From the IMG/VR virus record IMGVR_UViG_3300035703_000051: a stretch of 64,000 nt of DNA. One strand, given 5' to 3'. This document shows positions 1 to 9,126 of the stretch, one piece after another. Source of the DNA: an uncultured virus (IMG/VR IMGVR_UViG_3300035703_000051). Lineage: Duplodnaviria > Heunggongvirae > Uroviricota > Caudoviricetes. The position numbers were made by a program, and so were the translations under genes. The first letter of the stretch is position 1. Each line of letters starts with the position of its first letter. The notes below the pieces were generated by a model. The model worked only from the letters and a program-made list of their open reading frames with translations. It made no database searches and had not been told where the DNA came from.

Positions 1-130
1 ATAAAGGTCCGCCTGATGGATGGCAACTAGAGGACGGTAGAACCGTTTGCCACGCCTGTTGCGTTGCAGATTTCAGGAAGATCTTGGATAAAACTTTAAG
101 CCAACACCCATCGTAGCCGCTTCCACTTCT

Positions 131-267
131 ATGTCTGAACTTTCGCCCGCCGCCCTAAGCCGCCGAGCTTGAAGGAGCAGGCGCTTGAAGAAGTAGGTGT
201 CTTTGAGGGCATGGGTACATGCAACATTGACATCATCCGCCGCGCTCTTGAATCCCTGCCTGAGTAA
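131..267 (+). pseudogene. Frame-disrupted remnant of a small phage gene
   Basis: ATG131 frame stops after 13 codons (MSELSPAALSRRA). A second frame with no upstream start reads ARRPKPPSLKEQALEE...IIRRALESLPE to TAA267. Confidence 0.4.
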
Positions 268-272
268 TTACC

Positions 273-488
273 ATGACTCATAAGATTGAACCTGTCGAAT
301 TCATCAAACCTGATTTTGCTTACATTTATGCCAAGGTTGCTAGACATGTAGCAGCAGCTTATGCTGTATGCGGTTATGACGAACATGTTCTAGATAAAGA
401 ACTTCGCTTGGCAATGGAAGCCATTGAGTTGTTTGAGAAAACAAGTATGACTATTTACTCTGTTATTCCTAATCCTAAAGAGCACTAG
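273..488 (+). CDS. Hypothetical protein
   Basis: 71-aa ORF in the + strand gene run. Confidence 0.6.
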   Translation: MTHKIEPVEFIKPDFAYIYAKVARHVAAAYAVCGYDEHVLDKELRLAMEAIELFEKTSMTIYSVIPNPKEH

Positions 489-526
489 ATTTACACACCA
501 ATAAATATAAGTTTTACTTATGTATC

Positions 527-554
527 CGTCCTGGGTATGACGTTAAACTGCCTG
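527..554 (+). promoter_or_regulatory. Repeated leader motif copy 1 (predicted H-type pseudoknot)
   Basis: CGTC-CTGGGTAT-GACG-TTAAAC-TGCCTG, about 21 nt before ATG576. Confidence 0.75.
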
Positions 555-575
555 CACTCAACTCAATTCAACACC

Positions 576-1337
576 ATGAAACTCCTCAAGTTTTCCAAAG
601 GCAATGCCAAGCTGCGTGATCGTTTGATCTTCAACATCCCAGCGGGCTACTCATGCCCACACGCTGGTGTCTGCAAGACCATGGCTGATCGTGTCACTGG
701 TGAGATCCGTGACCTACCTCAGCTCACTGGCACACAAGCAGATGAGTATCGCTGCTTTGCTGCCATGGCAGAGACTCGTCCTACCGTACGAGAAGCTCGT
801 TGGCACAACTGGGATTTACTGCGTGAAACCATTCACATGAATGGGAACCAGGCCTTGCTCCTGCGTGATCTAATCGACATGTCACTCCTCATGCACCCCC
901 CAAAGAAACTGGTGCGTGTTCATGAGTCTGGTGACTTTTGGACAGAAAACTACATGAAGGCTTGGATGATGGTGGCCCAAGAGCGGCCCAACCAAAAGTT
1001 TTATGCCTACACCAAGTCTCTTGGCATGTGGCTGAACCTCAAGGACATCATCCCACCAAACTTCTATCTCACCGCATCCTTCGGTGGCACTCTCGACTAT
1101 CTGATCCCTAAGCACACTGACGTATTCAAGCGTATTGCTTATGTGGTCTACACAGAACAAGAAGCTGCAGACCGTGGGCTGGAGATCGATCACGACGACA
1201 GTCACTGCCTTGGTGACAAGTCGTTCGCACTCTTGGTCCATGGGTCCCAGCGTGCTGGGTCAGAAGCCAGTAAAGCCCTAAGCCAACGCAAGAAGGATGG
1301 TGGTTTCACTGGATACAATATCAAGAATAGGAAATGA
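576..1337 (+). CDS. GP88-like phage protein
   Basis: Motifs GNAKL, FNIPAGYSCP..C, CFA, RVHESGDF and YAYTK. Start taken at ATG576 because ATG537 lies inside the repeat motif. Confidence 0.65.
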   Translation: MKLLKFSKGNAKLRDRLIFNIPAGYSCPHAGVCKTMADRVTGEIRDLPQLTGTQADEYRCFAAMAETRPTVREARWHNWDLLRETIHMNGNQALLLRDLIDMSLLMHPPKKLVRVHESGDFWTENYMKAWMMVAQERPNQKFYAYTKSLGMWLNLKDIIPPNFYLTASFGGTLDYLIPKHTDVFKRIAYVVYTEQEAADRGLEIDHDDSHCLGDKSFALLVHGSQRAGSEASKALSQRKKDGGFTGYNIKNRK

Positions 1338-1399
1338 ATCTGTAGAGACTTGCGTTTTAAATGAAATCGGATAGTATGCATCCGTCTTTCATTTGATTC

Positions 1400-1633
1400 A
1401 TGAGTTACGTCATTGCTTGTTGGCGGTGGGGCACACCCCATGCCATCACCGCTAATCAAAAAACCAATAAGTTTGAGTTAATTCCGTTAGATTCAGATGT
1501 AGCTTTAAACAAGATCTTCTCCCACCCATATCGGGCAGGAGCACAGCAGATCTTGACGTGGATTAACAGCAATGACGAAGACCTTGCCTGTAAAGAACTC
1601 TCAATTCAAGATGAGTCCCGCTTCCGCAAATGA
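1400..1633 (+). CDS. Hypothetical protein
   Basis: 77-aa ORF preceded by TTGCGT-N16-TAGTAT and an inverted repeat (1359-1394). Confidence 0.6.
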   Translation: MSYVIACWRWGTPHAITANQKTNKFELIPLDSDVALNKIFSHPYRAGAQQILTWINSNDEDLACKELSIQDESRFRK

Positions 1634-3431
1634 TAAGTATCTAATCTTTGACCTTGAAAGTGATGGCCTGTATGACAAAGTTACAAAAGTTCACTGCATT
1701 GTTATCCATGACATTGCAGCCCAACAAACTTTTGCTTACGGGCCTGATTGCATTGCTGATGCTCTTGCTCATCTGGCAACCGCTGATGTTCTAATCGGCC
1801 ATAACATTTGTTTTTATGACATTCCAGTTCTGCAAAAACTGCATTCATTTGTCTGCAAAACATGCATTATTGACACACTAATTTGCACACGACTCATTTG
1901 GCCCAAGGAAAAACTCTATGACATTGATGTCGAACAATATACGGAGGTTCCACCGAATCTCCGTGGATCCGCATCACTTAAGGCTTGGGGATGGAGATTG
2001 GCCGATCATAAGATCGTCTTTAAAGACTTCTCGGAATACTCTGAGGAGATGCTGGAATACTGCAAGCAAGACGTTGCGGTCACCACAAAACTTTGGAAAC
2101 ACATCAGTGTTCAAAAATATCCTCAACCTGCTCTTAGGTTGGAACATGACTTTGCGTTGGCAATTAACCAACAAATTAGATCAGGTTTTCCTTTCGATAT
2201 GGATGCATGTCTTGATCTCGTGGATGATCTCCGAACAAAGGAAACAGAACTTGAGGCACAGCTAAAAGAAATTTTTCCACCAATCAAACATGAAACAACA
2301 TTTATCCCAAAGGTTAACAACAAGAATCGAGGCTATGTAAAAGGTGAACCGTTTACCAAAGTTCGATATGAAGAATTCAATCCTGGATCTCGTCAGCAGA
2401 TTGCTGATCGACTCCGTGAAAAATACGGATGGACTCCAGAGAAAACAACTGAAAAAGGAAATCCAATCCTTGATGATGAGGTATTAGAAAAGCTTCCATA
2501 TCCAGAAGCTAAACCGTTGGCAGAATATATGTTGCTCAAGAAACGTCTTGGGCAAATTGCAGATGGCAACAATGCATGGCGCAAGCTTTACAACAATGAC
2601 ACTGGTTGTATCCACGGCGACGTTACTACTAACGGTTGCATTACTGGGCGCTGCTCACACCGCTATCCAAATATGGGCCAGGTCCCAGCAGCTTACTCAC
2701 CCTATGGAAAAGAATGTCGAAGTTTGTTCTCTGCTCCTGACGGGTGGAACCTCATTGGTGTTGACGCTAAAGCACTTGAACTACGTTGCCTTGCTGGATA
2801 CCTTGCCCTCTGGGACAATGGAGAATACGCTGCTCTGGTAACAGATGAGAGCGTTGATATTCATGAATACAACCGTCAACAATTTGGTGTAGCAACCAGA
2901 GACATCAGCAAGCGTTTGCTGTATGGAATGTTGTACGGGTGTGGTGCTGTCAAAGCAGGAACCATTATTGATCCGAATGAAAAAGATGAATTTGTTTTGC
3001 GAAAACTAGGAAGAACTGCAATCGATTCATTCATGGATGGTGTACCAGCACTGCGTCAACTCAAAGAAAAACTGGCAAAGAATCTTGTTAAAAACAATTG
3101 TTTGTATGGGTTAGATAAACGTATTCTTTATTGCCGTTCTGACTTCAAAGCATTGAATGTTTTGTTGCAATCAGCTGGTGCCATCATCATGAAACAAGTT
3201 GTTATTAACTTGCACCAGAACACAGAAGAAGCTGGTCTTGTTTATGGGGTTGATTGGATTCAACACGCCATGATTCATGATGAGATTCAGATCAGTTGCA
3301 AGCCACAACATGTGGATTTACTTAAAGAGAATGCACTGAAAGCATTCCCGCAAGCACAGGAGTTCTTTGGGTTCCAGTGCCCCATTGAGGGTGATGCCAA
3401 GGTTGGTAAAACCTGGTACGATACGCACTGA
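1572..3431 (+). CDS. polA: DNA polymerase family A (T7-like) with 3'-5' exonuclease domain
   Basis: ExoI FDLESDG, ExoII GHNICFYD, motif A DAKALELR, motif B KRLLYGMLYG (Tyr at the 762-equivalent position), motif C IHDE. Start may be ATG1611. Confidence 0.95.
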   Translation: MTKTLPVKNSQFKMSPASANDKYLIFDLESDGLYDKVTKVHCIVIHDIAAQQTFAYGPDCIADALAHLATADVLIGHNICFYDIPVLQKLHSFVCKTCIIDTLICTRLIWPKEKLYDIDVEQYTEVPPNLRGSASLKAWGWRLADHKIVFKDFSEYSEEMLEYCKQDVAVTTKLWKHISVQKYPQPALRLEHDFALAINQQIRSGFPFDMDACLDLVDDLRTKETELEAQLKEIFPPIKHETTFIPKVNNKNRGYVKGEPFTKVRYEEFNPGSRQQIADRLREKYGWTPEKTTEKGNPILDDEVLEKLPYPEAKPLAEYMLLKKRLGQIADGNNAWRKLYNNDTGCIHGDVTTNGCITGRCSHRYPNMGQVPAAYSPYGKECRSLFSAPDGWNLIGVDAKALELRCLAGYLALWDNGEYAALVTDESVDIHEYNRQQFGVATRDISKRLLYGMLYGCGAVKAGTIIDPNEKDEFVLRKLGRTAIDSFMDGVPALRQLKEKLAKNLVKNNCLYGLDKRILYCRSDFKALNVLLQSAGAIIMKQVVINLHQNTEEAGLVYGVDWIQHAMIHDEIQISCKPQHVDLLKENALKAFPQAQEFFGFQCPIEGDAKVGKTWYDTH

Positions 3432-3436
3432 TCTCC

Positions 3437-3464
3437 CGTCCTTAGGTATGACGCTAAACTGCCT
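3437..3464 (+). promoter_or_regulatory. Repeated leader motif copy 2
   Basis: CGTC-CTTAGGTAT-GACG-CTAAAC-TGCCT, 21 nt before ATG3486. Confidence 0.75.
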
Positions 3465-3485
3465 TACCACCTTGTTTTACACATC

Positions 3486-4295
3486 ATGAACTTTGTTTGC
3501 GCTTACGCTCAAACCTTGGAGCAGCCAAGGGAAGTATTCGTATCTGAAAACTCAACTGCAATTCGTTGCATCATTGGGTTGCCTGCTGTTGGCAACAAAG
3601 CAGCAACTCATATCGAACTCAACCTGTACGGCAAAAACGCAGAACGTTTTGCTAAAGCACCTAAAGGTGCACACATCTATTTACATGGCGCAACACTGCG
3701 TCATGATCTAGATACCCGTACGCATTCATTGCACGGTGGGAATGTTGCCCCAGCAAGTGATCAATTTCCTCAGTTCAATGATGTGATCTTGACTGGGCGT
3801 TGCGTTAAGGATCTAGATCTCAATGACCCACGGGTGTTCCGTACCACGGAATCTGGTTTGATGATCTGCAATCAAACCATCTCGGTCACAACGGGTAAGA
3901 ACCAGGCTGACCTGTTCAACTTCTTTGCAATGAATAATGCAACAGATCGGTTGAACAACGCTGAGCTGCTTGCCAACATGACACGCAAAGGCGTTGGTAT
4001 TACCATTCGTGGTCGCTTGGTTACCGACACATGGACTGACGCCAATGGTGAACGCAAGTCACAGACAAAGATCCAGCTCAATAAAATGACGTTGGCTCCC
4101 AAGGCAACGGTCAATGAAGCCAAGCCCATCCAACCTCAGACAACACTGAGTGCTGATCGAGACGTTCAACCTTTGTGGAACAGTGCACCATCTCAAGTTT
4201 CTGCTGATCCTTGGAACGTTGCTTCTGGTGGTGGGCTTCCTGATCTTCCTGGTCAGTATGGCCCTGCACCTGACCTAGACGAAGAACCATTCTGA
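3486..4295 (+). CDS. ssb: Single-stranded DNA-binding protein, apparently two OB folds
   Basis: VILTGRCVKD, KGVGITIRGRLVTDTWTDANGERKS and acidic tail DLDEEPF. Confidence 0.8.
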   Translation: MNFVCAYAQTLEQPREVFVSENSTAIRCIIGLPAVGNKAATHIELNLYGKNAERFAKAPKGAHIYLHGATLRHDLDTRTHSLHGGNVAPASDQFPQFNDVILTGRCVKDLDLNDPRVFRTTESGLMICNQTISVTTGKNQADLFNFFAMNNATDRLNNAELLANMTRKGVGITIRGRLVTDTWTDANGERKSQTKIQLNKMTLAPKATVNEAKPIQPQTTLSADRDVQPLWNSAPSQVSADPWNVASGGGLPDLPGQYGPAPDLDEEPF

Positions 4296-4299
4296 TCTA

Positions 4300-4542
4300 A
4301 TGACTCAACCCACACACGATCAATTCACTCTTCTATACGAAGATGAAAACACTAAAGTCCTTCATGAATTCAAAGGATTAGTTGTTGAAGATGTAGTGCA
4401 ACACCTTGTGGATTTTCTCAAGGGCTGCGGCTACATGGAAAGCAGTGTCTTTGAAGCCATGAAGGAAATGTCTGAGATGTATTTCGATGCGTTAAGCACT
4501 GAGAAGTACTTGATGAAATGGGAGAAACCTGATCCAGAATGA
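4300..4542 (+). CDS. Hypothetical protein
   Basis: 80 aa with the VVQHLVDFLKGCGY motif common in small phage proteins. Confidence 0.7.
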   Translation: MTQPTHDQFTLLYEDENTKVLHEFKGLVVEDVVQHLVDFLKGCGYMESSVFEAMKEMSEMYFDALSTEKYLMKWEKPDPE

Positions 4543-4547
4543 AAGCT

Positions 4548-4575
4548 CGTCCTGAGCATGACGTTAAACTGCTTA
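4548..4575 (+). promoter_or_regulatory. Repeated leader motif copy 3
   Basis: CGTC-CTGAGCAT-GACG-TTAAAC-TGCTTA, with compensatory changes relative to the other copies, about 20 nt before ATG4596. Confidence 0.75.
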
Positions 4576-4595
4576 CTCCTGACTACGAACAAACC

Positions 4596-5612
4596 ATGAC
4601 CTCTTCCATGACTACCAAGAAAACTGTTGCGCTTGCTACCAGGGGACTTGACTCCTTCCGGATGTTTCAGTCCAAAGAATTTGTTTCAGGTTATCAAAAC
4701 CTCGTTACCATTCAACCCTTAAATAAATCTAAAGTACGCGGCTGGTTTGTCCGCAAAGCTGATCTTGATACCTGCGGTTGGACTGCAACTGAAGATCAAT
4801 TCACCAAAGGTTCTGTCATCTGGGACTACAAGCAAACTTTTGGTATGGCACCTAATACGTCCATCGAAGAAGGTTTGAACTTTGTTGAACCTCGCTTGCA
4901 AATCTTGCTGCGTTCTCCACTGATGGTTGAAGAAACCACTGGGATGCGCCAGACGATTGGAACCTTTGAGGATCCAGATGTCAAGGTTATGTTTGAGAAC
5001 GACAAGGTTGCATCTGATCTTGCTAACAGCAAAGGTGAGATGTACAAGCGTAAGTACAGTGTGCGCACCAAGTACTTGGTCTACATCCTGACCCAGGACA
5101 ACAAACGTGCTCACAAGATCCCAATGGTGCTGACCCTCAAGGGTCTCAACGGCACCGATGTCTCAGATAAAGTTAAGTTGTACGAAAAAGAAATGTCCAA
5201 GTGCCTGAGCAAAGCACTGGACTCTGAAGTGCCTCTGGCATTTAACGAGAAGTTCTATGCCACCACAGTGTTTGCTCCCGTACTCGCCAATGAGATGCGT
5301 GGTGCCAACAACGTTGAGATCTGCGCCATTGAATCCTTCGAGATTCCTGACTACAGCTCCCAGGAAGACGCAATCGAATCATTGAATCGCCTGTCGATTC
5401 CTGATGAAGATCGTGAATCCACCTGGAAAATGCAGGAGATGTTTGATGACTACATCAACCAGCACTCCCGTCAGGATGCGCAACGTCTTGGTGGTGCCTA
5501 TGGAATCAAAGACGGTGTTGAAATTCTTCCCGTCTCTCGTACCACAGATGCGGTAGAGGTGAAATCCCTGCCCACTCGTGATGAGATCACTGGCGAAGAT
5601 TTATCCTTCTAA
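4596..5612 (+). CDS. Hypothetical protein in replication module
   Basis: Long ORF with an acidic C-terminus ending in Phe. Start taken at ATG4596, downstream of the motif. Confidence 0.75.
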   Translation: MTSSMTTKKTVALATRGLDSFRMFQSKEFVSGYQNLVTIQPLNKSKVRGWFVRKADLDTCGWTATEDQFTKGSVIWDYKQTFGMAPNTSIEEGLNFVEPRLQILLRSPLMVEETTGMRQTIGTFEDPDVKVMFENDKVASDLANSKGEMYKRKYSVRTKYLVYILTQDNKRAHKIPMVLTLKGLNGTDVSDKVKLYEKEMSKCLSKALDSEVPLAFNEKFYATTVFAPVLANEMRGANNVEICAIESFEIPDYSSQEDAIESLNRLSIPDEDRESTWKMQEMFDDYINQHSRQDAQRLGGAYGIKDGVEILPVSRTTDAVEVKSLPTRDEITGEDLSF

Positions 5613-5867
5613 GCCAGGAACTGAGGGATTGGCTACGGCATCTGGTTCAACTGCAACATTGTTGAAGATGAACATGTCTTGAATCAATCCTCTGATCACG
5701 CCTTGTCTGTTAGTGGCGATCTGCGCAAGCAAGGTCGCCATTTCTTTCAAGGTGCTAACTGAGTTACATTCTTCTATTGATCGTTTGATTTTTTCTAACC
5801 AAAACTTATCATCGAGCGTTGGTTCAATTTGGAATTGAGTCAATGGAACGTACTTAATTTCTTCCAT
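5601..5867 (-). CDS. NblA-like protein (divergent)
   Basis: IEPTLDDKFWLEKIKRSIEECNSVSTLKEMATLL...RQGVIRGLI matches the NblA helix-loop-helix pattern L(S/T)LEQxF. Confidence 0.5.
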   Translation of the reverse strand: MEEIKYVPLTQFQIEPTLDDKFWLEKIKRSIEECNSVSTLKEMATLLAQIATNRQGVIRGLIQDMFIFNNVAVEPDAVANPSVPGLEG

Positions 5868-5949
5868 AAGGTATTAAGTTGTTACAAATTATTCTACTTA
5901 ACGTTTTAAACTTGATTCAAACCTTCCATTTTTGTTAAGGATTCAGCAC

Positions 5950-6141
5950 ATGCAACCAGAAGAAAAGGCTGCTATCAAAGCTGCAGGTACCACAGCCTTG
6001 ATTGCTGGTGCCTTTGCTGCTACCATTGCAACGCCTGTGGCCTGGGCTGCAGTCATGCTTGGTGCTTACCGCATGGGCAAATCAGCCTATGAAAAAACCA
6101 AACAGGAGAGAATCCAACAGGATTACTTCAAGAACAACTAA
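5950..6141 (+). CDS. Small Ala-rich hydrophobic protein
   Basis: Hydrophobic stretch TALIAGAFAATIATPVAWAAVMLGAY. Confidence 0.6.
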   Translation: MQPEEKAAIKAAGTTALIAGAFAATIATPVAWAAVMLGAYRMGKSAYEKTKQERIQQDYFKNN

Positions 6142-6153
6142 CTCAACTCAATC

Positions 6154-7098
6154 ATGACTATTCAAACTCAACTCGAACTTAATGCGGCTCAGTCTTGCAT
6201 TTACACCCGTACTAACATACGCCGTGCTTACCAGGATTTTGATGACTCCGAAATTACTGGGATTTATGTGCGAGCTGATGATTGCATCGTGGTGCGTCGC
6301 GATGGTACTGAGCAGACTTATTCACGGCAACTAATTAAAGCTGCCTACAGCACCTACACTCACCGTCTCAAAGATTTCTTTTCCTATCTTGGTCCCAATT
6401 ATCGTGGCCCTAGTGTATGGCATCACAATGCTTACGTTCTTTTTAAGGGCTGGTATTACTCGCACGCACTCGGACATCTGACCTCCAATGCCAAACTCCA
6501 ATCTCACTGGGCAGATAAGTTTATACACGTATCCGACCCAGCAAAAATCACAGCTCTCTTGCAGTCTGACCAAACGGACTTGGGCCATTTGGTTGCACCG
6601 GACGGGCTGCGGCTTCCAAATCGGACGGTTAATCTGGACGGCGAATTGGATGACAATGAAGAACAAAAGCCGGTGTTTGGCGAACCTACATGCTCGTGTG
6701 GGTCGTTTCAACGTCAGTTCAACAACCTATCTTCTTTCCAAGAAGAGATCCAGGGATTTCAACCGTGGTGTATACACCTGACTTGGTTTAACAAGTACAG
6801 GGAATTACTGTGCAAACGCACTGAAGTCCGCAACACTAGTGCCAGTGGTACGCCTGATAAGTGCGTGGCTTGGTGGTATGCACCTCCCTCTGATGCAAAC
6901 AAAGATGGGCGTTTCATGTTGCTTCATACCAAATCAGGTGCTCAAGCTCCGATGACCCATTGGCGTCATTACAAACCAAACGAAGTCTTTACACAAAAAG
7001 ATGCATGGGATCTTTTCTTCAATATGATGGAAGCTGGTTATGTACCGTTTCCGGGTACTGCACTACCACAACTTAAAGCTGTAACCAAGAACCAATGA
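6154..7098 (+). CDS. SWIM zinc-finger protein
   Basis: CSCGSF...WCIHL fits the CxC...CxH pattern. Confidence 0.65.
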   Translation: MTIQTQLELNAAQSCIYTRTNIRRAYQDFDDSEITGIYVRADDCIVVRRDGTEQTYSRQLIKAAYSTYTHRLKDFFSYLGPNYRGPSVWHHNAYVLFKGWYYSHALGHLTSNAKLQSHWADKFIHVSDPAKITALLQSDQTDLGHLVAPDGLRLPNRTVNLDGELDDNEEQKPVFGEPTCSCGSFQRQFNNLSSFQEEIQGFQPWCIHLTWFNKYRELLCKRTEVRNTSASGTPDKCVAWWYAPPSDANKDGRFMLLHTKSGAQAPMTHWRHYKPNEVFTQKDAWDLFFNMMEAGYVPFPGTALPQLKAVTKNQ

Positions 7099-7286
7099 CC
7101 TTTTTAAGTTCAGTCCAAAAATTAAACATTAATTTTATGGAAGAGAAAGATGGTAGCGGCACCATCCACATTAACTGGGATGAAACTGATCCTGATCTCC
7201 AATGGTGGAATGACCTTGGTGAAAACGGTCAAAAATCGTTTATTCTAGATTCACTCCATCGTGTTTTATGTACTGATGTCAATTGA
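7095..7286 (+). CDS. Hypothetical protein
   Basis: ATGA overlap with the upstream stop codon. Confidence 0.6.
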   Translation: MTFLSSVQKLNINFMEEKDGSGTIHINWDETDPDLQWWNDLGENGQKSFILDSLHRVLCTDVN

Positions 7287-7635
7287 CAACTACGGTCTTA
7301 CCAACGAACAGTACAAAGAGTTCTTTAAAGAGAATCTCCGTTTCTCTGCTGAACTTTACCTAGAGACCTGCAATATCCTTAACACCGCTGGTGCTGGGGC
7401 ATTGGACTTCAAAACAATCCTTGATCTGTACCAGGAGGCAGTGTACGTAACCAATGATGATTGCCGTCGTTACCAAAAAGCAAACAACCCTGATGCTTTA
7501 AAAGACAATGATCCTTATGCAATCCTTACTCCCAGTCGGGAAGAACTGATGGAAGAAATCCAATCTGTCAACGCCAAAGTTGAATCACTCACCGACTATG
7601 TCTTGGAGCTAACAAGGGCACTACTAAAGGATTGA
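7276..7635 (+). CDS. Hypothetical protein
   Basis: ORF in the operon with a coiled-coil-like C-terminus. Confidence 0.65.
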   Translation: MSIDNYGLTNEQYKEFFKENLRFSAELYLETCNILNTAGAGALDFKTILDLYQEAVYVTNDDCRRYQKANNPDALKDNDPYAILTPSREELMEEIQSVNAKVESLTDYVLELTRALLKD

Positions 7636-7672
7636 CAAAACTGGTAGACTAGATCTGCTTGCAGGTAAAAGC

Positions 7673-7700
7673 CGTCCTGGGTACGACGCAAAACTGCCTA
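7673..7700 (+). promoter_or_regulatory. Repeated leader motif copy 4
   Basis: CGTC-CTGGGTAC-GACG-CAAAAC-TGCCTA, 18 nt before ATG7719. Confidence 0.75.
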
Positions 7701-7718
7701 CCTACCTCACCTCAACTC

Positions 7719-7832
7719 ATGTTCGAATCTCTTCTGTCCGCCGTGCTTCCGGTGATGAAAGATCTTCTTTGGGCAGCGGCAGGCATGCTGCTGTCCTATG
7801 TTCTCAACAAAGTCCAATCTCAATTCAATTGA
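7719..7832 (+). CDS. 37-aa hydrophobic peptide (not in ORF track)
   Basis: MFESLLSAVLPVMKDLLWAAAGMLLSYVLNKVQSQFN. Fills the gap between the motif and ATG7836. Confidence 0.6.
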   Translation: MFESLLSAVLPVMKDLLWAAAGMLLSYVLNKVQSQFN

Positions 7833-7835
7833 ACA

Positions 7836-8549
7836 ATGACTCAAATTACTCAAACTAAACTGAATAAACTCAACGTCTTTGAGTTGTATAAACACTATGC
7901 TGCTCTCGAACAGTCTCTGCCTCTTCTCACTCCTGAGTCCCAGGACCTGGCCAAGTCCGAATTGGAAACTTGTGCCAACTTACGGTCAGAAAAAATTGAT
8001 CGCATCTATTACGCCATGGCGGCGCATGAAGATGCCTTGGAACGCATCAAAAAAGAAGGAGATCTCATCACGCAAGCCAAGCGTCATCACGAATCCCAAC
8101 TGCGGTCGCTCAAGAATTTGTTAGGCTGGCTTCGGCGTTCTTTGCCATTTGATACCAACAAGATCACTGGCAAGAACTACCAGTTCACACTCATCAAGAA
8201 AAAGGAACTGACGGTTGAAGTCTCAACGGATCCGGAGTTTTGGCACTCTGAAGAAAGAGAACTTTATTGCATTGAAGAAGAAGTCTGCACAACAAAAAGA
8301 GTTGTGCTACGTTCAATGTCAGGAGAAGTTCTATCCGATAGAACAGAACCTTCCATCAAAACCAAAGTCCTCCCGAACCTTGATGCCATACGCAGCGCCT
8401 ATCAAAACGGTCAACAATTACCGAGTGGAGTCAAAGTCACTCAAGAATATGGTGTCCGATCCAAACGAATCTATCTTGAACCCAGAGTGGAACTGGAAGC
8501 ATCCGAGTATCCAGGAGAGCTTCTACCAGAAGATCGATGCACCGAATGA
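7836..8549 (+). CDS. Siphovirus Gp157-like protein
   Basis: Coiled-coil N-terminus EKIDRIYY and C-terminal PNLDAIRSAYQNGQQLPSGVKV. Confidence 0.65.
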   Translation: MTQITQTKLNKLNVFELYKHYAALEQSLPLLTPESQDLAKSELETCANLRSEKIDRIYYAMAAHEDALERIKKEGDLITQAKRHHESQLRSLKNLLGWLRRSLPFDTNKITGKNYQFTLIKKKELTVEVSTDPEFWHSEERELYCIEEEVCTTKRVVLRSMSGEVLSDRTEPSIKTKVLPNLDAIRSAYQNGQQLPSGVKVTQEYGVRSKRIYLEPRVELEASEYPGELLPEDRCTE

Positions 8550-8790
8550 TGCGGAAGATGCACGTATCAAAATGAACTGTCATCAACATGCAGTCAAAGA
8601 CTTTGATCTGCAGATTGAGATGAATGATCTTGAGATGACAATGCTCAAAGATCATGGTGAAATCCTTCCCTATAACGAGGGGCGTGTGGATGAGCTAGAG
8701 CAAAAGAAACTCAAGCTTCTGCTTGGTAAACGGTTTCACCAGAATGCAACTAATGCTTACTGGTATTACCTGGCTAAAGCTGGTAAATAA
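8449..8790 (+). CDS. Hypothetical protein overlapping the upstream gene
   Basis: Frame open from 8215. Start is uncertain; ATG8449 used. Confidence 0.6.
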   Translation: MVSDPNESILNPEWNWKHPSIQESFYQKIDAPNDAEDARIKMNCHQHAVKDFDLQIEMNDLEMTMLKDHGEILPYNEGRVDELEQKKLKLLLGKRFHQNATNAYWYYLAKAGK

Positions 8791-8826
8791 ACTGCAATAC
8801 AATAAATAGATATTGCAGGGAGTTCC

Positions 8827-9090
8827 ATGGGCAATGATCCAGTCTTAAATAAATTAATTGCTGGATTTACTAATGATGGAACTCCTTTATCAGCAACCAT
8901 TGGTTCAAAGATGGAGCATGGTGTTGTCATCTTGACAGCAGCCATGCTTGCTAATGAACATTTGGCATCCTCCATGGATGCAGAAGAAATGGTCGATGCT
9001 GCCATTAACTATTACAATGTCATTCAGCAACGTCTTGGTTACTACCAACAACATCAAACACATTCGTTAGAGCGTTTACTGGAAAGTTGA
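8827..9090 (+). CDS. Hypothetical protein
   Basis: 87 aa with a GGGAG Shine-Dalgarno sequence. Confidence 0.7.
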   Translation: MGNDPVLNKLIAGFTNDGTPLSATIGSKMEHGVVILTAAMLANEHLASSMDAEEMVDAAINYYNVIQQRLGYYQQHQTHSLERLLES

Positions 9091-9126
9091 ATTACTGCTA
9101 AGGTAATTGAGTCTTTATATCCAGAG

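Noticed and set aside
537..575. ORF-track starts at 537 and 4539
   Set aside because: They lie within or upstream of the repeated leader motif; ATG576 and ATG4596 match the spacing seen at the other copies.
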